Part shown: positions 48,617-59,616 of the stretch, piece by piece
How the letters are laid out: each line of letters opens with the position of its first letter
Position numbering within the stretch: position 1 is the first letter of the stretch
Origin: an uncultured Spirochaetota bacterium
GTDB lineage: Bacteria; Spirochaetota; Spirochaetia; SZUA-6; Fen-1364
DNA: 64,000 bases
Assembly: GCA_963745235.1 (NCBI GenBank)
Contig: CAVUXE010000028.1
Span: 32,001 to 96,000, forward strand
Reading direction: 5' to 3'
Translations under genes and position numbers: made by a program
The notes under the pieces: generated by a model
The model's database searches: none
What the model saw: the letters and a program-made list of their open reading frames with translations, nothing else
Told to the model about the DNA's origin: nothing

Positions 48617-49735
48617 TCAATCAATCGACTTGCCATACTTCTCCAGCGATTCCTTGGCAGGCGTTGTCCCTGCGCCGGGCATTTCGGGCTTTACAAAGTA
48701 GCCGTCCCGCACTGTGGCCGGGTCCAGAAAGCACTGTCGTATCCACGGGATGTATTCCAGCACGCTGCAGGAAGGTGAATGGAACGCGATGTGCACATGG
48801 ACCTGGCTCATTTCCCCCGCGTGCGGGGCGACCTGGAGGGACTGCGATGCGGCCGCGGCGATTGCTTGAAGGAAAGGCGTTACCCCGCCAATGCGCGTGA
48901 CGTCCGGCTGCACGAACTGAACAGCGCCTCGGAGCATGAACTGACAGAGAGATTCCACAGTATAGATCTGTTCGCCCAGAGCGATCGGAATCCGCGTGGC
49001 CCGGGCGAGACGGGCATGCGCCTCTACGTCGTCGTACCACAGGGGCTCCTCGAACCACAGCACGTCGAAGGGTTCCAGGCGCCGTGAAAGGTGCAGAGCC
49101 TCGGGGAGATCCAGCCTGCCGTTCGCATCGATTGCTATCGTGATCCCGGGACCAATGGCTTTCCGAACGGCCTCGACCCGTCTCACGTCGTCCGCGGGGT
49201 TCTCCTGACCGACTTTGATCTTGACCCCCGTGAATCCTTCCTCCTGGCACGTTCGGGTGCAAAGATCCACCAGCTCTGACATATTCAAGCTCAACCATCC
49301 AACGTCCGTGTTGTAGGCCCGCATTCGATCCGCGTGCGAGCCTCCAAGGAATGCCCACAGCGGCTGCCCCGCGTGCTTGGCCCGCAGATCCCAAAGCGCG
49401 ACGTCGACGGCAGACAACGCCAACTGGGTCATGCCCGCTCTGCCGATCCATTGGATGGGCGGCGAGCGGAACAGGTCACGCCAGATGCCCTGGCCTTCTT
49501 CGAGATTCCGGCCCACGAGAATCGGCGCGTACAGCTCAGAAATGATGCGGGCAATCAGGCGGTCTGATGCAAGATGAGCATGAGTTCCGGTGAAGCCAAA
49601 ACCATCAATTCCGTCGGAAGAGCGGATTCGCGCCCCCACAACGCCCCAGTGGCTTATGCTGTGCATGCTGTCCGCGATCTGATTTCCCGTGACGGGAATA
49701 TGCATGATGAATGGGCTCACGCTTTTGACGCGCAT
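48617..49735 (-). CDS. Mandelate racemase/enolase-superfamily acid-sugar dehydratase
   Basis: ALWDL.AK, KIK, DAN, EEP, GEQ, QPD..RIGG and PH. Confidence 0.88.
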   Translation of the reverse strand: MRVKSVSPFIMHIPVTGNQIADSMHSISHWGVVGARIRSSDGIDGFGFTGTHAHLASDRLIARIISELYAPILVGRNLEEGQGIWRDLFRSPPIQWIGRAGMTQLALSAVDVALWDLRAKHAGQPLWAFLGGSHADRMRAYNTDVGWLSLNMSELVDLCTRTCQEEGFTGVKIKVGQENPADDVRRVEAVRKAIGPGITIAIDANGRLDLPEALHLSRRLEPFDVLWFEEPLWYDDVEAHARLARATRIPIALGEQIYTVESLCQFMLRGAVQFVQPDVTRIGGVTPFLQAIAAAASQSLQVAPHAGEMSQVHVHIAFHSPSCSVLEYIPWIRQCFLDPATVRDGYFVKPEMPGAGTTPAKESLEKYGKSID

Positions 49736-49760
49736 CACACCGCCTTCCCTGCTTTTCCGC

Positions 49761-49808
49761 TTGACATCCAGCCACTGAACGGGTACAGTGGTCTCTGGTA
49801 CTACCAGA
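49761..49808 (+). promoter_or_regulatory. Sigma70 promoter plus FadR/PdhR-type operator
   Basis: TTGACA 49761-49766, 17 nt, TACAGT 49784-49789; perfect palindrome TCTGGTA-C-TACCAGA at 49794-49808. Confidence 0.8.
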
Positions 49809-49846
49809 CTATCACAGACCAGAGACGTCGGTCAAGTGAGGCTCGC

Positions 49847-50581
49847 GTGGTGCAGACGGTTATCCGGCCCATTGTGCGCGCCACCCTCGGTCAGGGAGTG
49901 GTGGAGCAGCTCAGCAAGCTCATCCAGGAGGGGACGTTTCGTCCGGGGGAGAAGTTGCCGCCCGAACGCTCCATGGCGCAGCTCTTCGGCGTAGCGCGGG
50001 GCCCCGTGCGCGAGGCTCTGCGAGCGCTCGCGCTGGCCGGGCTGATCACGATCGTGCCCGGAAAGGGAACGTTCGTAGCGGAAAAAAAGCTCGCTCCTCA
50101 CCCGAACGAAATCAGGGCATACCTCGGCCGCGAGATTGAGGGCATTCGAAGCGTCTACGAAGCGCGCCGAGTGATCGAAAGTTTCATGGCCGAGCTGGCT
50201 GCTGAGCGCATCGGTGCCAAAGGCATCGCGGCGCTCGAGCATCACATGGAAGAAATGCGGGCAATTGCGTCGAGTCCGGACCCGGACCTGAAGGCATTCG
50301 CGGAAAGCCATTACCGGTTCGACCTGGTTGTTGCAGACGCATGCGGAAATCCCGTGCTGACCGGGATCTTCAAGAGTCTGCATGAGGTTGAACTGGAGAC
50401 TCACCTGAAGATTCTCCGTCTCTCGGGCCGGATGGAAAACTCGATAAAGACGCACGAACTGCTCCTCAAGGCAATTCGTTCGAAAAGTCGCAAAGAGGCA
50501 CGTGCAGCTTCAAAGCGTCATTTCGATGCGGCGTTACGTTTTCTTGATCGACTGCTGGAAAACGAAGAGGTGGAGGGATGA
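49847..50581 (+). CDS. GntR/FadR-family regulator (FCD domain)
   Basis: PGEKLPPER..A..FGV.R..VREAL..L...G...PGKGTFV, EAR..IE, GNP.L and H..L..AI. Confidence 0.9.
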   Translation: MVQTVIRPIVRATLGQGVVEQLSKLIQEGTFRPGEKLPPERSMAQLFGVARGPVREALRALALAGLITIVPGKGTFVAEKKLAPHPNEIRAYLGREIEGIRSVYEARRVIESFMAELAAERIGAKGIAALEHHMEEMRAIASSPDPDLKAFAESHYRFDLVVADACGNPVLTGIFKSLHEVELETHLKILRLSGRMENSIKTHELLLKAIRSKSRKEARAASKRHFDAALRFLDRLLENEEVEG

Positions 50582-50676
50582 CAGGCCGGTGGGCCAGCGC
50601 CCGTGGGCCGCCTCTGGCCGGGTTCGCGCAGGCGTGCGATATTTCTTCGGTTGTTCACCCCGGGAAGGAGGAAAAG

Positions 50677-51760
50677 ATGAAACGCAGATTTTTGTTTATT
50701 TGCCTGTGCATCGTGGTTTCGGGAACCGTGGTCATTGGGTCTTTGTTCGCGGGCGGTTCAAAGGAAGGCGGCTCCGGAACGACGGCGGCTCCGGCATCAG
50801 CCCAGCCGTATATGGTTGCCATGAAGAAGCCGCCCTACGTGGTTGGATTGTGCAATTCTTTCAGCGGGAACTCGTGGCGCGCTCAGATGGTGGCCGAGTT
50901 CCGCGCGGAGGCTGACAAGCTGAAGGCCAGTGGAACTCTCAAGGACTACGTCGTCGCGGACGCGACGGGGAGCACCGCCAGCCAGATCCAGCAGATTCAG
51001 AACATGGTAGCAAAAAGAGTAGATGCCATCCTGATAGACGCGAACTCGCTCACTGCGCTGAACCCCGCCATTGAGGCGGCTCACAAGGCCGGGCATTCTC
51101 GTCATCTCCTTCGACAATGTCGTGGATTCGCCCTACTCAATGACAGTGAACATCGCGCAGGAGACATTCGGACAAATCGGGGCGGAATGGCTTGCCAAGA
51201 AGCTCAACGGCCAGGGCAACATCATCGTGCTCAACGGTCTGGTCGGGACCCCCGGCAACGACCAGAGGTGGAGCGGAGCCAAGGCAGTCTTTGACAAGTA
51301 CCCCAACATCAAGATCCTTGCGTCTGTCAACGCGGACTGGGATCAAGCGAAGGGTCAGCAGGCTGTTGCCAATTTGCTTCCGTCCTTCCCGAAGATTGAC
51401 GGGATATGGTCGCAAGGCGGCGCCATGACCCTGGGAGCCATCTACGCCTTCCAGGCGGCAAACCGGCCTCTGGTCCCCATGGCGGGAGAAGCAAACAACG
51501 GGCTCCTCAAGGTATGGAAAAAGAACCTCGCAAATGGATTCGATTCAGTTGGTCCTTCGGACCCCGCAACAATCGGAGCAACGACTCTCGATGTCGCCGT
51601 AAAAGCGCTCAACGGAGAAAAAGTTCCCAAAGACACTCTCCTGGATCCCCCCGTGATTACCAGTGACACTCTTGACAAGTACATTCAACCGGATCTCTCG
51701 GACGCCCTGTGGCTTCCGACAAACCTCAGCCCTGATCAGCTGAACGCCCTTTTCAAGTAG
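50677..51760 (+). CDS. Sugar ABC transporter substrate-binding protein (frameshift, extra G at 51091-51093)
   Basis: Signal peptide ending LFAGGSKE; NSFSGNSWR.QM and W..AKG..DGIWSQGG; AGGAGG RBS. Confidence 0.88.
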
Positions 51761-51762
51761 TC

Positions 51763-53296
51763 ATGGCTGAAGGTCTCCTGGAAGTTGCCGGCATAAGCAA
51801 GTCTTATGCCGGCAACCCTGCTGTGCAGGAAGTCGATCTTGCGCTCCAGGCAGGAAGGGTGCACGCTCTTGTCGGAGAAAACGGGGCGGGAAAATCAACT
51901 CTTGCCAAGATCATCTCCGGCGGAATTCCCTATGACAGCGGCTCTTTGCGGTACAACGGGTTGCGCTACCGTCCTCTCTCTCCTGCTGAAGCGCAGCAGG
52001 CCGGCATCGTGACTGTCCAGCAGGAGCTTTCGCTGAGCCCGTATCTCCCGGTTTATCAGAACCTCTGGCTCGGCCACGAAAGGCTGCACGGAGGTTTTCT
52101 TGTTCGAATGCGAAATCTCAGGCAGCGGAGCGCCGATCTGTGCTCACGGTTCGATGTTCATCTGGATATCAATCAATGGGCATCGGACCTTTCCCTGGAA
52201 GGGCAGCAGGTCGCTGAGATCCTGAAAGCCCTCGCGCTTGATCCCCGGGTCATCCTCCTCGACGAACCGACATCCGCTCTTGGCGCCGCCAACACGCGCT
52301 GGCTCCTTGGCCTGATCCGCAAGCTCAAGAGCCAGGGCCGCGCAGTTCTTTTCATCTCCCATCGCATGAGCGAAGTCCTCGAGATCGCTGATGACATCAC
52401 CGTCCTCAAGGACGGGCGGAAGGTAAAGACCGTTGAGAGGAGCGATGTAACCGAAGCGGACATCATCCGAATGATGGTTGGACGGGACCTCAAGGACATT
52501 TTCCCCGCCAAGCTTCCCGTCGGTTCGCTCCATTCCCTGCCCGGCTCTGCTCTCCGCGGAGCATCTTCACGCGGAAGGTGTTCATGGAGTATCGTTCGCC
52601 ATTCGGCAAGGCGAGGTTGTGGGGCTTGCTGGACTGGAAGGCCAGGGACAGCATGAGCTTCTCCTCACCCTGTTCGGATTGCAGCCTGTGCACAGCGGCA
52701 CCATCGCGCTGCCCTCCGGGGGCACGCTCGCGCACTCGCCCACAAGCTCCATTCGGGATGGAATCGCTTTTGTGCCCGTGGATCGTCGGACCGAAGGAAT
52801 CGTTCTGCCGCTGAGCGTTGCCGAGAACATAGCACTCTCGACGCTCGATCGGCGCAGCCTGTGGGGCTGGGTGAAGATCAAATTGGAGCAGGAAATGGTT
52901 CGGGATACAATTCGAGACCTGGCTATCCGAACGCCCGGTCCGAACGCGCCGGTGGAATACTTGAGCGGCGGCAATCAGCAGAAGGTCGCCCTTGGTAAAT
53001 GGCTGGTCGCGCACCCTCGTATTCTCCTGCTGGATGATCCAACCCGCGGTGTGGACATAGAGACCCGGCGTGACATCTATTATCGCATCCGAGAGCTTGG
53101 TTCGCAGGGGGTCGGCATCCTCCTGAACTCAACGGATACGATCGAGCTCGTCGGGCTTTGTGATCGCGTTTTTGTCATGTACGAGGGGAGAATTGCGCTG
53201 GAGCTGGTGGGATCAGAGATTACCGAGGAGGGCATTGTGAGCGCGGCGGTCGGGCTGAAAAGGAATTCAGATACATCACATGAAAACAAAAAGTAG
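51763..53296 (+). CDS. Sugar ABC transporter ATP-binding protein (frameshift, extra C near 52540)
   Basis: [22 protein letters not shown] and DDPTRGVD. Confidence 0.9.
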
Positions 53297-54275
53297 CTCC
53301 GCGTTGCAAAGCCCATTCAGCGTCTCGCTGTCCCACGCGTGGCCTGTCATCATCATCTATCTCGTCTTCCTTGTCCTGATGCTCCTTCTCGGCATGACAA
53401 GCCCGTTCTTTTCATCTCCGGTAGCAGTGAACAACCTTCTCGGCTCGGCGCTTCCCTTGGCGTTTGCGGCCCTTGCCCAAATGGTCGTTGTGCTTGTGAA
53501 GGGGATAGATCTCTCTGTCGGGCCGGCCATGAGCGTGGTCATGGTCGTGGCGGCATCCCTCGCCAAAGACACGGTTCCGAGCACCGCGGGAGTATACGTT
53601 TTGTGTCTGGCCATTGGGCTCGCCATAGGCGCGGCAAACGGTTTTTTCGTCGTGGTGACCCGGCTCCAACCGATCATCGTAACACTCGCCACTTCATCGG
53701 TTCTCGGCGGCATCGCCCTCTATATATTGCCGGAGCCCGGCGGGCACATTCCGAGCGCCGTCGGCGCTTTTGTAACTGGCAGCATCGGGGTTGTTCCGGT
53801 CTCCCTGATTATTCTCCTTGGCAGCCTTCTGGTCTTCTGGCTGCCTTTTCGCCGCTCCTGGATCGGGCAATCGTGGTATGCGGTGGGGGGCAATGAAACA
53901 GGGGCGTTTTATTCCGGCATCAATGTAAGGCTCGCAAAATTCAGCGCCTTTCTTTTGGGAGGCTTATTCTCCGCGTTGGGCGGCTTGGCTCTTGCGTCGC
54001 AGACTTTGACTGGCGACCCGATGATTGGCGCGCCCTACACTCTCAACTCGATCGCGGCGGTCGTGCTCGGGGGCACGAGCCTCGCGGGAGGCCGGGGCGG
54101 CGCGGTTGGCACGATCGGCGGCGTGCTTGTACTGACAGTGCTCGTGGATCTTTTGTTCTTCTTCAATGTTTCCGCCTACTACCAATACGTGTTCAATGGC
54201 GCCATCGTTATCCTGGCGCTGGTTGCCGTGGCACTGTCGGATTTCTTCCGTTCGCGGCGTCTTCGCGCCGGATAG
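53280..54275 (+). CDS. Sugar ABC transporter permease
   Basis: GIDLSVG and YTLNSIAAVVLGGTSLAGG. Confidence 0.9.
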   Translation: MKTKSSSALQSPFSVSLSHAWPVIIIYLVFLVLMLLLGMTSPFFSSPVAVNNLLGSALPLAFAALAQMVVVLVKGIDLSVGPAMSVVMVVAASLAKDTVPSTAGVYVLCLAIGLAIGAANGFFVVVTRLQPIIVTLATSSVLGGIALYILPEPGGHIPSAVGAFVTGSIGVVPVSLIILLGSLLVFWLPFRRSWIGQSWYAVGGNETGAFYSGINVRLAKFSAFLLGGLFSALGGLALASQTLTGDPMIGAPYTLNSIAAVVLGGTSLAGGRGGAVGTIGGVLVLTVLVDLLFFFNVSAYYQYVFNGAIVILALVAVALSDFFRSRRLRAG

Positions 54276-54319
54276 GGCTCGAAAGGGACCGGAATGGGAT
54301 TCGTTCCTGAAGGACTTTG

Positions 54320-55285
54320 ATGGAAACATTAGTCACCAAAGCAGCTCCCCGGAGGCAACGCATTCCTTCCAGCGTGTGGCCGTATATTGCGGCCGCCCTT
54401 CTTATCGTCCTGGGTACGATGATCTCCCGGGGGTTTGCCGCTCCCGACCATCTCCTCTCGATCCTCAACCTCGCTTCCTTTCTCGGGTTGGTCGCCGCGG
54501 GTCAGGGCCTTGTGATTCTGAGCGGCGGAATCGATCTTTCCGTGAGCTCCGTGATGACGCTTTCCGGCGTTGTCTCTGCCACTCTCATGGCAGGCTCAAA
54601 CGAGCATCTTTTCGTCGGAGTTGTCGTCTGCATTGCCCTTGGCACCCTGATCGGCTTCCTCAACGGAATCGGGGTGGCTTTTCTCAAGATTCACCCCCTT
54701 GTGATGACTCTCGGAATGACGAGCATCGTGCAGGGGGCAGCGCTTCTCTATACAAACGGCGCACCGAAGGGAAATGCCGCGCCGGCGTTGAGTCAATTGG
54801 CCACCGGGAGGTTGTGGGGGACCCTGCCCGCCGTCCTGCTTCTCTGGGCCGCGATTGCGGCCATCATCATCCTCTCAACGCGACGTTCCGTCTGGGGACG
54901 ATGGGTTTATGCTGTTGGCAATTCTCCCAAGGCTGCGTACTACTCGGGAATTCGGGTCCCCTGGGTGCTCGTGAGCCTCTACGTTGTTTCGAGCATCCTT
55001 GCTACTTTCGCCGGCCTTTTGCTCACGGGCTATACGAGGACAAGCTACCTCAACATTGGTGACCCTTTTCAGCTGAACTCCATTGCCGCCGTCGTTATCG
55101 GAGGGTCATCCATCCTCGGAGGCTCTGGAAGCTACACGGGCACCATCGCAGGCTGCATAATCATGCTCCTGATTCAGGCTCTCCTGCCCATTCTTTCAAT
55201 CCCCGAAGCCGGTCGCCGAATAATCTCGGGAGCGCTCATCCTTGTCCTACTGTTGATCTATGGTCGGGAGCAGAGAAGGCGATAG
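54320..55285 (+). CDS. Sugar ABC transporter permease
   Basis: GGIDLSV and LNSIAAVVIGGSSILGG; AAGGA RBS. Confidence 0.9.
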   Translation: METLVTKAAPRRQRIPSSVWPYIAAALLIVLGTMISRGFAAPDHLLSILNLASFLGLVAAGQGLVILSGGIDLSVSSVMTLSGVVSATLMAGSNEHLFVGVVVCIALGTLIGFLNGIGVAFLKIHPLVMTLGMTSIVQGAALLYTNGAPKGNAAPALSQLATGRLWGTLPAVLLLWAAIAAIIILSTRRSVWGRWVYAVGNSPKAAYYSGIRVPWVLVSLYVVSSILATFAGLLLTGYTRTSYLNIGDPFQLNSIAAVVIGGSSILGGSGSYTGTIAGCIIMLLIQALLPILSIPEAGRRIISGALILVLLLIYGREQRRR

Positions 55286-55309
55286 TTCTGGACGGCTCGG
55301 CCGAAGACC

Positions 55310-56537
55310 CTACCAGTTGTGGACCGCTCCATCTCTGTCCTGAAGCAGAGGCATGTAGCTTTCTTTGTACGGAAATCGAGAGGCGCTTTCCTCATCGACC
55401 CGGACTCCGAGACCCGGAGCGTCTTCCAGCGTGACACAACCGTCGGAATAACTGTATCGCCAGGCAAAAACCTGCCGCGCCCGAGAATCCGGTTCGCACA
55501 AACTCCTGGATGCCGAAGTTCACGATGGCAGCATCGATGTGCATATTCGCGGAATGGGCCAGTGGCGAGATGTCGGAAGGACCATGAAATGCCATGCTGA
55601 CCTGGTAGGCATCCGCCAGCGTGGAAGCCTTCATGAGGCCGGTAATCCCTCCGGCGTGGCTCACATCGACTCTCAGGTAGTCAATCCAGTGGCGCTGGAG
55701 CGCAGGGAGATATTCCTGGGCGGTCACCCACAGTTCCCCCATGCCGATGGGAGTGCAGGAAGAAGCACGAACTACCCCGAGACCCTGGGAGTGCGGCTCG
55801 ACCGGGTCCTCCAGGTAGAGCAGGTTGTACGGTTCCAGCCGTTTGGCAACCGTGGCTGCCTGAATTGGTGTCAGGCGCTGATGTACATCATGGATCAGCT
55901 GAACATCAGGACCCAACTCTCGTCGAAGGATCTCCGTGACGCGCGGGAGATCCTTCATGTAGACGCTCGAATCCCAGCAGGGCGGTTGGCGCAGCGCATC
56001 AAGAGAAGCCTCGAGCCTGTCACCGCCGGCAACGTCCTGATGCGGTTGGCGGTGCGCCAATCCAGGCTCGAACGGATCCGGTGTTTCGAAGCTATAGCGC
56101 ACGGCTGTGCACCCGGCCGCCATGGTCTGGCGGCACCTTCCCACAAGCTCCTCATCCGTTTTCCCATGCGCGTGGAAATACACACGTACCCGGTCACGCG
56201 ACTTTCCGCCCAGCAGGCTGTAGAGCGGCGCTCCAAGCTTCTTTCCCTTCAAGTCCCACAACGCCATGTCGATCCCCGAGAGGGCAGTCATGAGGATGGC
56301 GCCCCCGCGCCAGTACTGCTGGCGGGTCACTGACTGCCAGATCTTCTCGATTGCATCAGTATCCCAACCCCTCAGCCAGCTGCTCAGATGGTGATCAAGA
56401 AGAGACTGGACAGCCAGCTCCCTACCATTCAAAGTGGCATCGCCGTACCCCACGAGCCCGTTGTCCGCGGTGATCTTCACAATCAGGTAGTTCCTGTCAG
56501 GACAAGTGAGGATGGTCCGTATTTCTTCAAGACGCAT
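55310..56537 (-). CDS. Enolase-superfamily D-mannonate dehydratase (ManD/RspA-like), frameshift near 55496
   Basis: GDATLNGRELAV, YWRGG, HDVH.RL.P, EDP, H.GGIT, HGP.D.SP, NFGIQE and C-terminal DGAVHNW. Confidence 0.85.
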
Positions 56538-56550
56538 TCTTTGAGCGCTC

Positions 56551-57634
56551 CTATCCCCGAGTCGTCCTGGAACGCACGTGATCCATCAGTCCCGCGGCCC
56601 TCTCCACGGAGGGAGAAAGGATGCTCAAAGCAACGCGATGATCAGGCAACTCGTCGAGTATGGTGTCTACATCCTGCTGCGAAAGTTCTCCCCATACAAC
56701 AAGGTTCTTCTCCTGCTGTATCCGGGCCAGGACGGGAATCATACGTTCGACACTCGGGCCTCCTATGTCCTTGTTGACTTCAATTGCACTCAGCCCGCCA
56801 ATCCCCAACAATTGGTCGAGTAGAAAAAACGATGAAGGATGAAGGTGGACCACAGTGTAGTCATGGTCATGGCAGATCAACTCGTCCGCTCCCTTGAGAA
56901 AGCGGCTGTAGTAATCCGGGGAAAGGAGCGCCGAAAGGTCCTCCTGAAACCAGATGCATTTCCCGGGCGTCCATAGATGATAGAAGCCAATCGACGCGCC
57001 GCCATGATACGCGGGAACCTCGCGCTGTTGGCGTCTGATGACGTCCAGGAAGATCTCCGCGACCTTCTGAAAGACACTGCGCATCTGGTCAGGGAAGTCG
57101 GCCATCAAGAGGACCATAGTGCTCTGTCCAACGAGGGCCCCGACGATGTCCGACGGTCCCCGCATGATGGGCTGACCGACGGGGAAGCGCCCAGCTGACA
57201 CGGTGACGAGCTTGCGCGTGAACTCCAGGTACTTCCCAAGCCAGGGGTCGTCCGCATCCAGACAAATGCTTTGAAGTTGCTCCACGGTGCTCATGCAGGG
57301 CTCGGTGAACAAAGCGCCGACGCTGCCATAAACAGCACAACCGAGCATCGCTTCCATCCAGGGAATGCCGGTGAACGGCTCAGCGGTGAAAATGCCGTTC
57401 TGTCCCGTTGCCTCGGATTCGCGCCACATTCTCTCATAGTCCGCAATGAAATCTTCTACCGTGATCATCTCCGGCCCAATGCGCACGTGGTCCCGGAAGA
57501 AGGGGTCGGGCTGCCTGGAACTGCCGGCTGACGAGCGTGTCCCCGATGTGGAATGAGACAAGAGGCATGCTCATGGACCGTCTCTCCCAGTAGTCGCGGT
57601 GCAGCTCAATGGCCTTCAGCAATTGTGGACTCAT
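56551..57634 (-). CDS. Divergent URO-D/methyltransferase-like TIM-barrel protein (frameshift near 57500)
   Basis: EAMLGC, RGPSD...AL.G.......D.PD, QED....LSP..Y..F and VHLH; N-terminus MSPQLLK is in the adjacent frame. Confidence 0.6.
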
Positions 57635-58055
57635 GCCGCATTCACCTTTCGAAAGATCTTCTGGGTGCAAGAAACACCGCGGTGAAAAGAACGATGCCAT
57701 GGATGACGGCAACCGCAAGCGATTCGTCGACATTTGGTAGGGGTCACCCATGCCAAGGTACATCTGTCCCGGTAGGCCGGCAAGCAACATTCCGGTGAGG
57801 CCCGCCTTGCGCCGGTGATGCCCACCTGGATCCCTTGAAAGCGTACTTGCGCTGAGGGCTTTCCGCGGAGTTGACCTAGCGCTCGCTGCGGGCGATACTC
57901 GACGACGCGAGACACTTCCTCGAGAAGGAGTCCACAACAAGAGGGAACACATCTATGAGAAAACTTGTCATCCGACCTTTGGCCCGACTCGAGCAGGTGC
58001 GCGCGCTGGCCAAAGGCGGCGGAGCGCGGGTGATCCGATAGAAGAGCAGCCTTGG

Positions 58056-59549
58056 ATGTCGTCCCCGCTGGTTTTCTCCGTCGATGTGGGAAGCTCCTCC
58101 GTCCGCGCGGGTCTCTTCGATGCCCAATGCCGGGCCGTGAACGGTACGGGAAGCAGGCGGCCCCACAGGTTTGTTTTCTCCGCCGGAGGCCGCGCGGAGG
58201 CGAATGCTGACGAGCTGGCCGGACTCGTTGAAGCATGCATCGATGAATCCCTGGAGCGGCTGGCCGGTCTCCGGCTGGATGCGACGGTAGTGGCCGTGTC
58301 CTTCTGCACATTCCTCCACGGCATGATCGGCGCCGACCGCGATGGCAAAGCCCTCACGCCCGTGATGACCTGGGCAGACACCCGCTCCGCGGACCAGGCG
58401 GCCCGGCTCTCTGTCATGCTGGACCCGGGGGAAGTCTTACAGCGGACAGGCTGCCCGCTTCACCCCGTCTATTTCCCCGCCAAGATCCTGTGGATCAAGG
58501 AGAACCAACCCCAGCTGTTCCAGAAGATCGACTGGTGGTGCTCCATCGGTGAATACTGCATCCGGCGTTTCACCGGCCGAAGATTTTGCAGCTTGTCCAT
58601 GGCTTCGGCTTTCGGGCTTTTCAACCGAAGGACTTCAGGCTGGGACAAGGAGCTCCTTCGAACCCTCGGATTGGAAGAAACGCACCTTTCTACTCTGGCA
58701 GGAATGAGCTCTCCGGCCCAATGCCGTCCACCCTTTGCAGCGCGTTGGCCAAAGCTGCGTGACACAGCGTGGTTTCCCGCCCTCGGGGACGGCACGTGCA
58801 GCAGTGTCGGATGCGGATGCGCTGTCCCGCAGCGCGCGGCCCTCATGATCGGCACAACCGGTGCACTCCGCGCAGTACGCGCGGCGGGCGACTCTCACGT
58901 TCCCACGGGTCTGTGGTGCTACCGCATGGACCATGCTTGGGAGCAGATCGGGGGCGTTCTTGGGGACGGAGGAAACCTGTTCGAGTGGATGAACGGTGCC
59001 TTGAATATCGGGCTTGGACCTGAAGAGATCGAACGGGCGCTCCTGGCAGCCAAACCGGCAGGCCACGGCCTGACCATCCTTCCCTTCTTCACAGGGGAGC
59101 GCAGCACGGGGTGGAATCCGCACGCGCGTGGCACGGTAGGCGGCCTGACCCTGGAGACGAGCGCCCTGGATATCCTGCAAGCCAGCATGGAGGCCGTGGC
59201 CTATCGATTTGCGGCAATCATGAAGCTGTTGCGGCCCGTCGTGCCCGCAATGCGGGAAGTCATTTGCACCGGAGGAGCGCTTCTGGCGTCCGCCTCATGG
59301 GCGCAGATCCTCGCCGATGTCCTGGAAGTCCCGCTCGCATGCGCAGATGAACCGGAAGCCTCCAGCCGGGGCGCCGCTCTCCTGGCGCTGGAAGCCCTCG
59401 GGCACCTCACAAGGGCTGATGTGCCGGGCCCGCCCGTCGCGCGGACGCTCTTCCCGCGCGCCGGCGCGGCCGAAGCTCACCGTGCCGCGCTTCGCGAACA
59501 GGAGCGCCTGCGGGAGGCGGTGCTCGGCGTCAAGCAGGCCTCCCCGTAA
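58056..59549 (+). CDS. gntK: FGGY-family carbohydrate kinase (gluconokinase-like)
   Basis: DVGSSSVRA, TWADTRS, RTGCPLHP.Y, GDG..SSVG, IGT.GA.R, GLWCY, GERS.GWN and EAS.RGA. Confidence 0.82.
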   Translation: MSSPLVFSVDVGSSSVRAGLFDAQCRAVNGTGSRRPHRFVFSAGGRAEANADELAGLVEACIDESLERLAGLRLDATVVAVSFCTFLHGMIGADRDGKALTPVMTWADTRSADQAARLSVMLDPGEVLQRTGCPLHPVYFPAKILWIKENQPQLFQKIDWWCSIGEYCIRRFTGRRFCSLSMASAFGLFNRRTSGWDKELLRTLGLEETHLSTLAGMSSPAQCRPPFAARWPKLRDTAWFPALGDGTCSSVGCGCAVPQRAALMIGTTGALRAVRAAGDSHVPTGLWCYRMDHAWEQIGGVLGDGGNLFEWMNGALNIGLGPEEIERALLAAKPAGHGLTILPFFTGERSTGWNPHARGTVGGLTLETSALDILQASMEAVAYRFAAIMKLLRPVVPAMREVICTGGALLASASWAQILADVLEVPLACADEPEASSRGAALLALEALGHLTRADVPGPPVARTLFPRAGAAEAHRAALREQERLREAVLGVKQASP

Positions 59550-59616
59550 TCGCAAAGATGCTTGATCACGTGAGCGTGCGGGTCAATGATGGTGAATGCG
59601 GCCACAGGGAAGCCGT

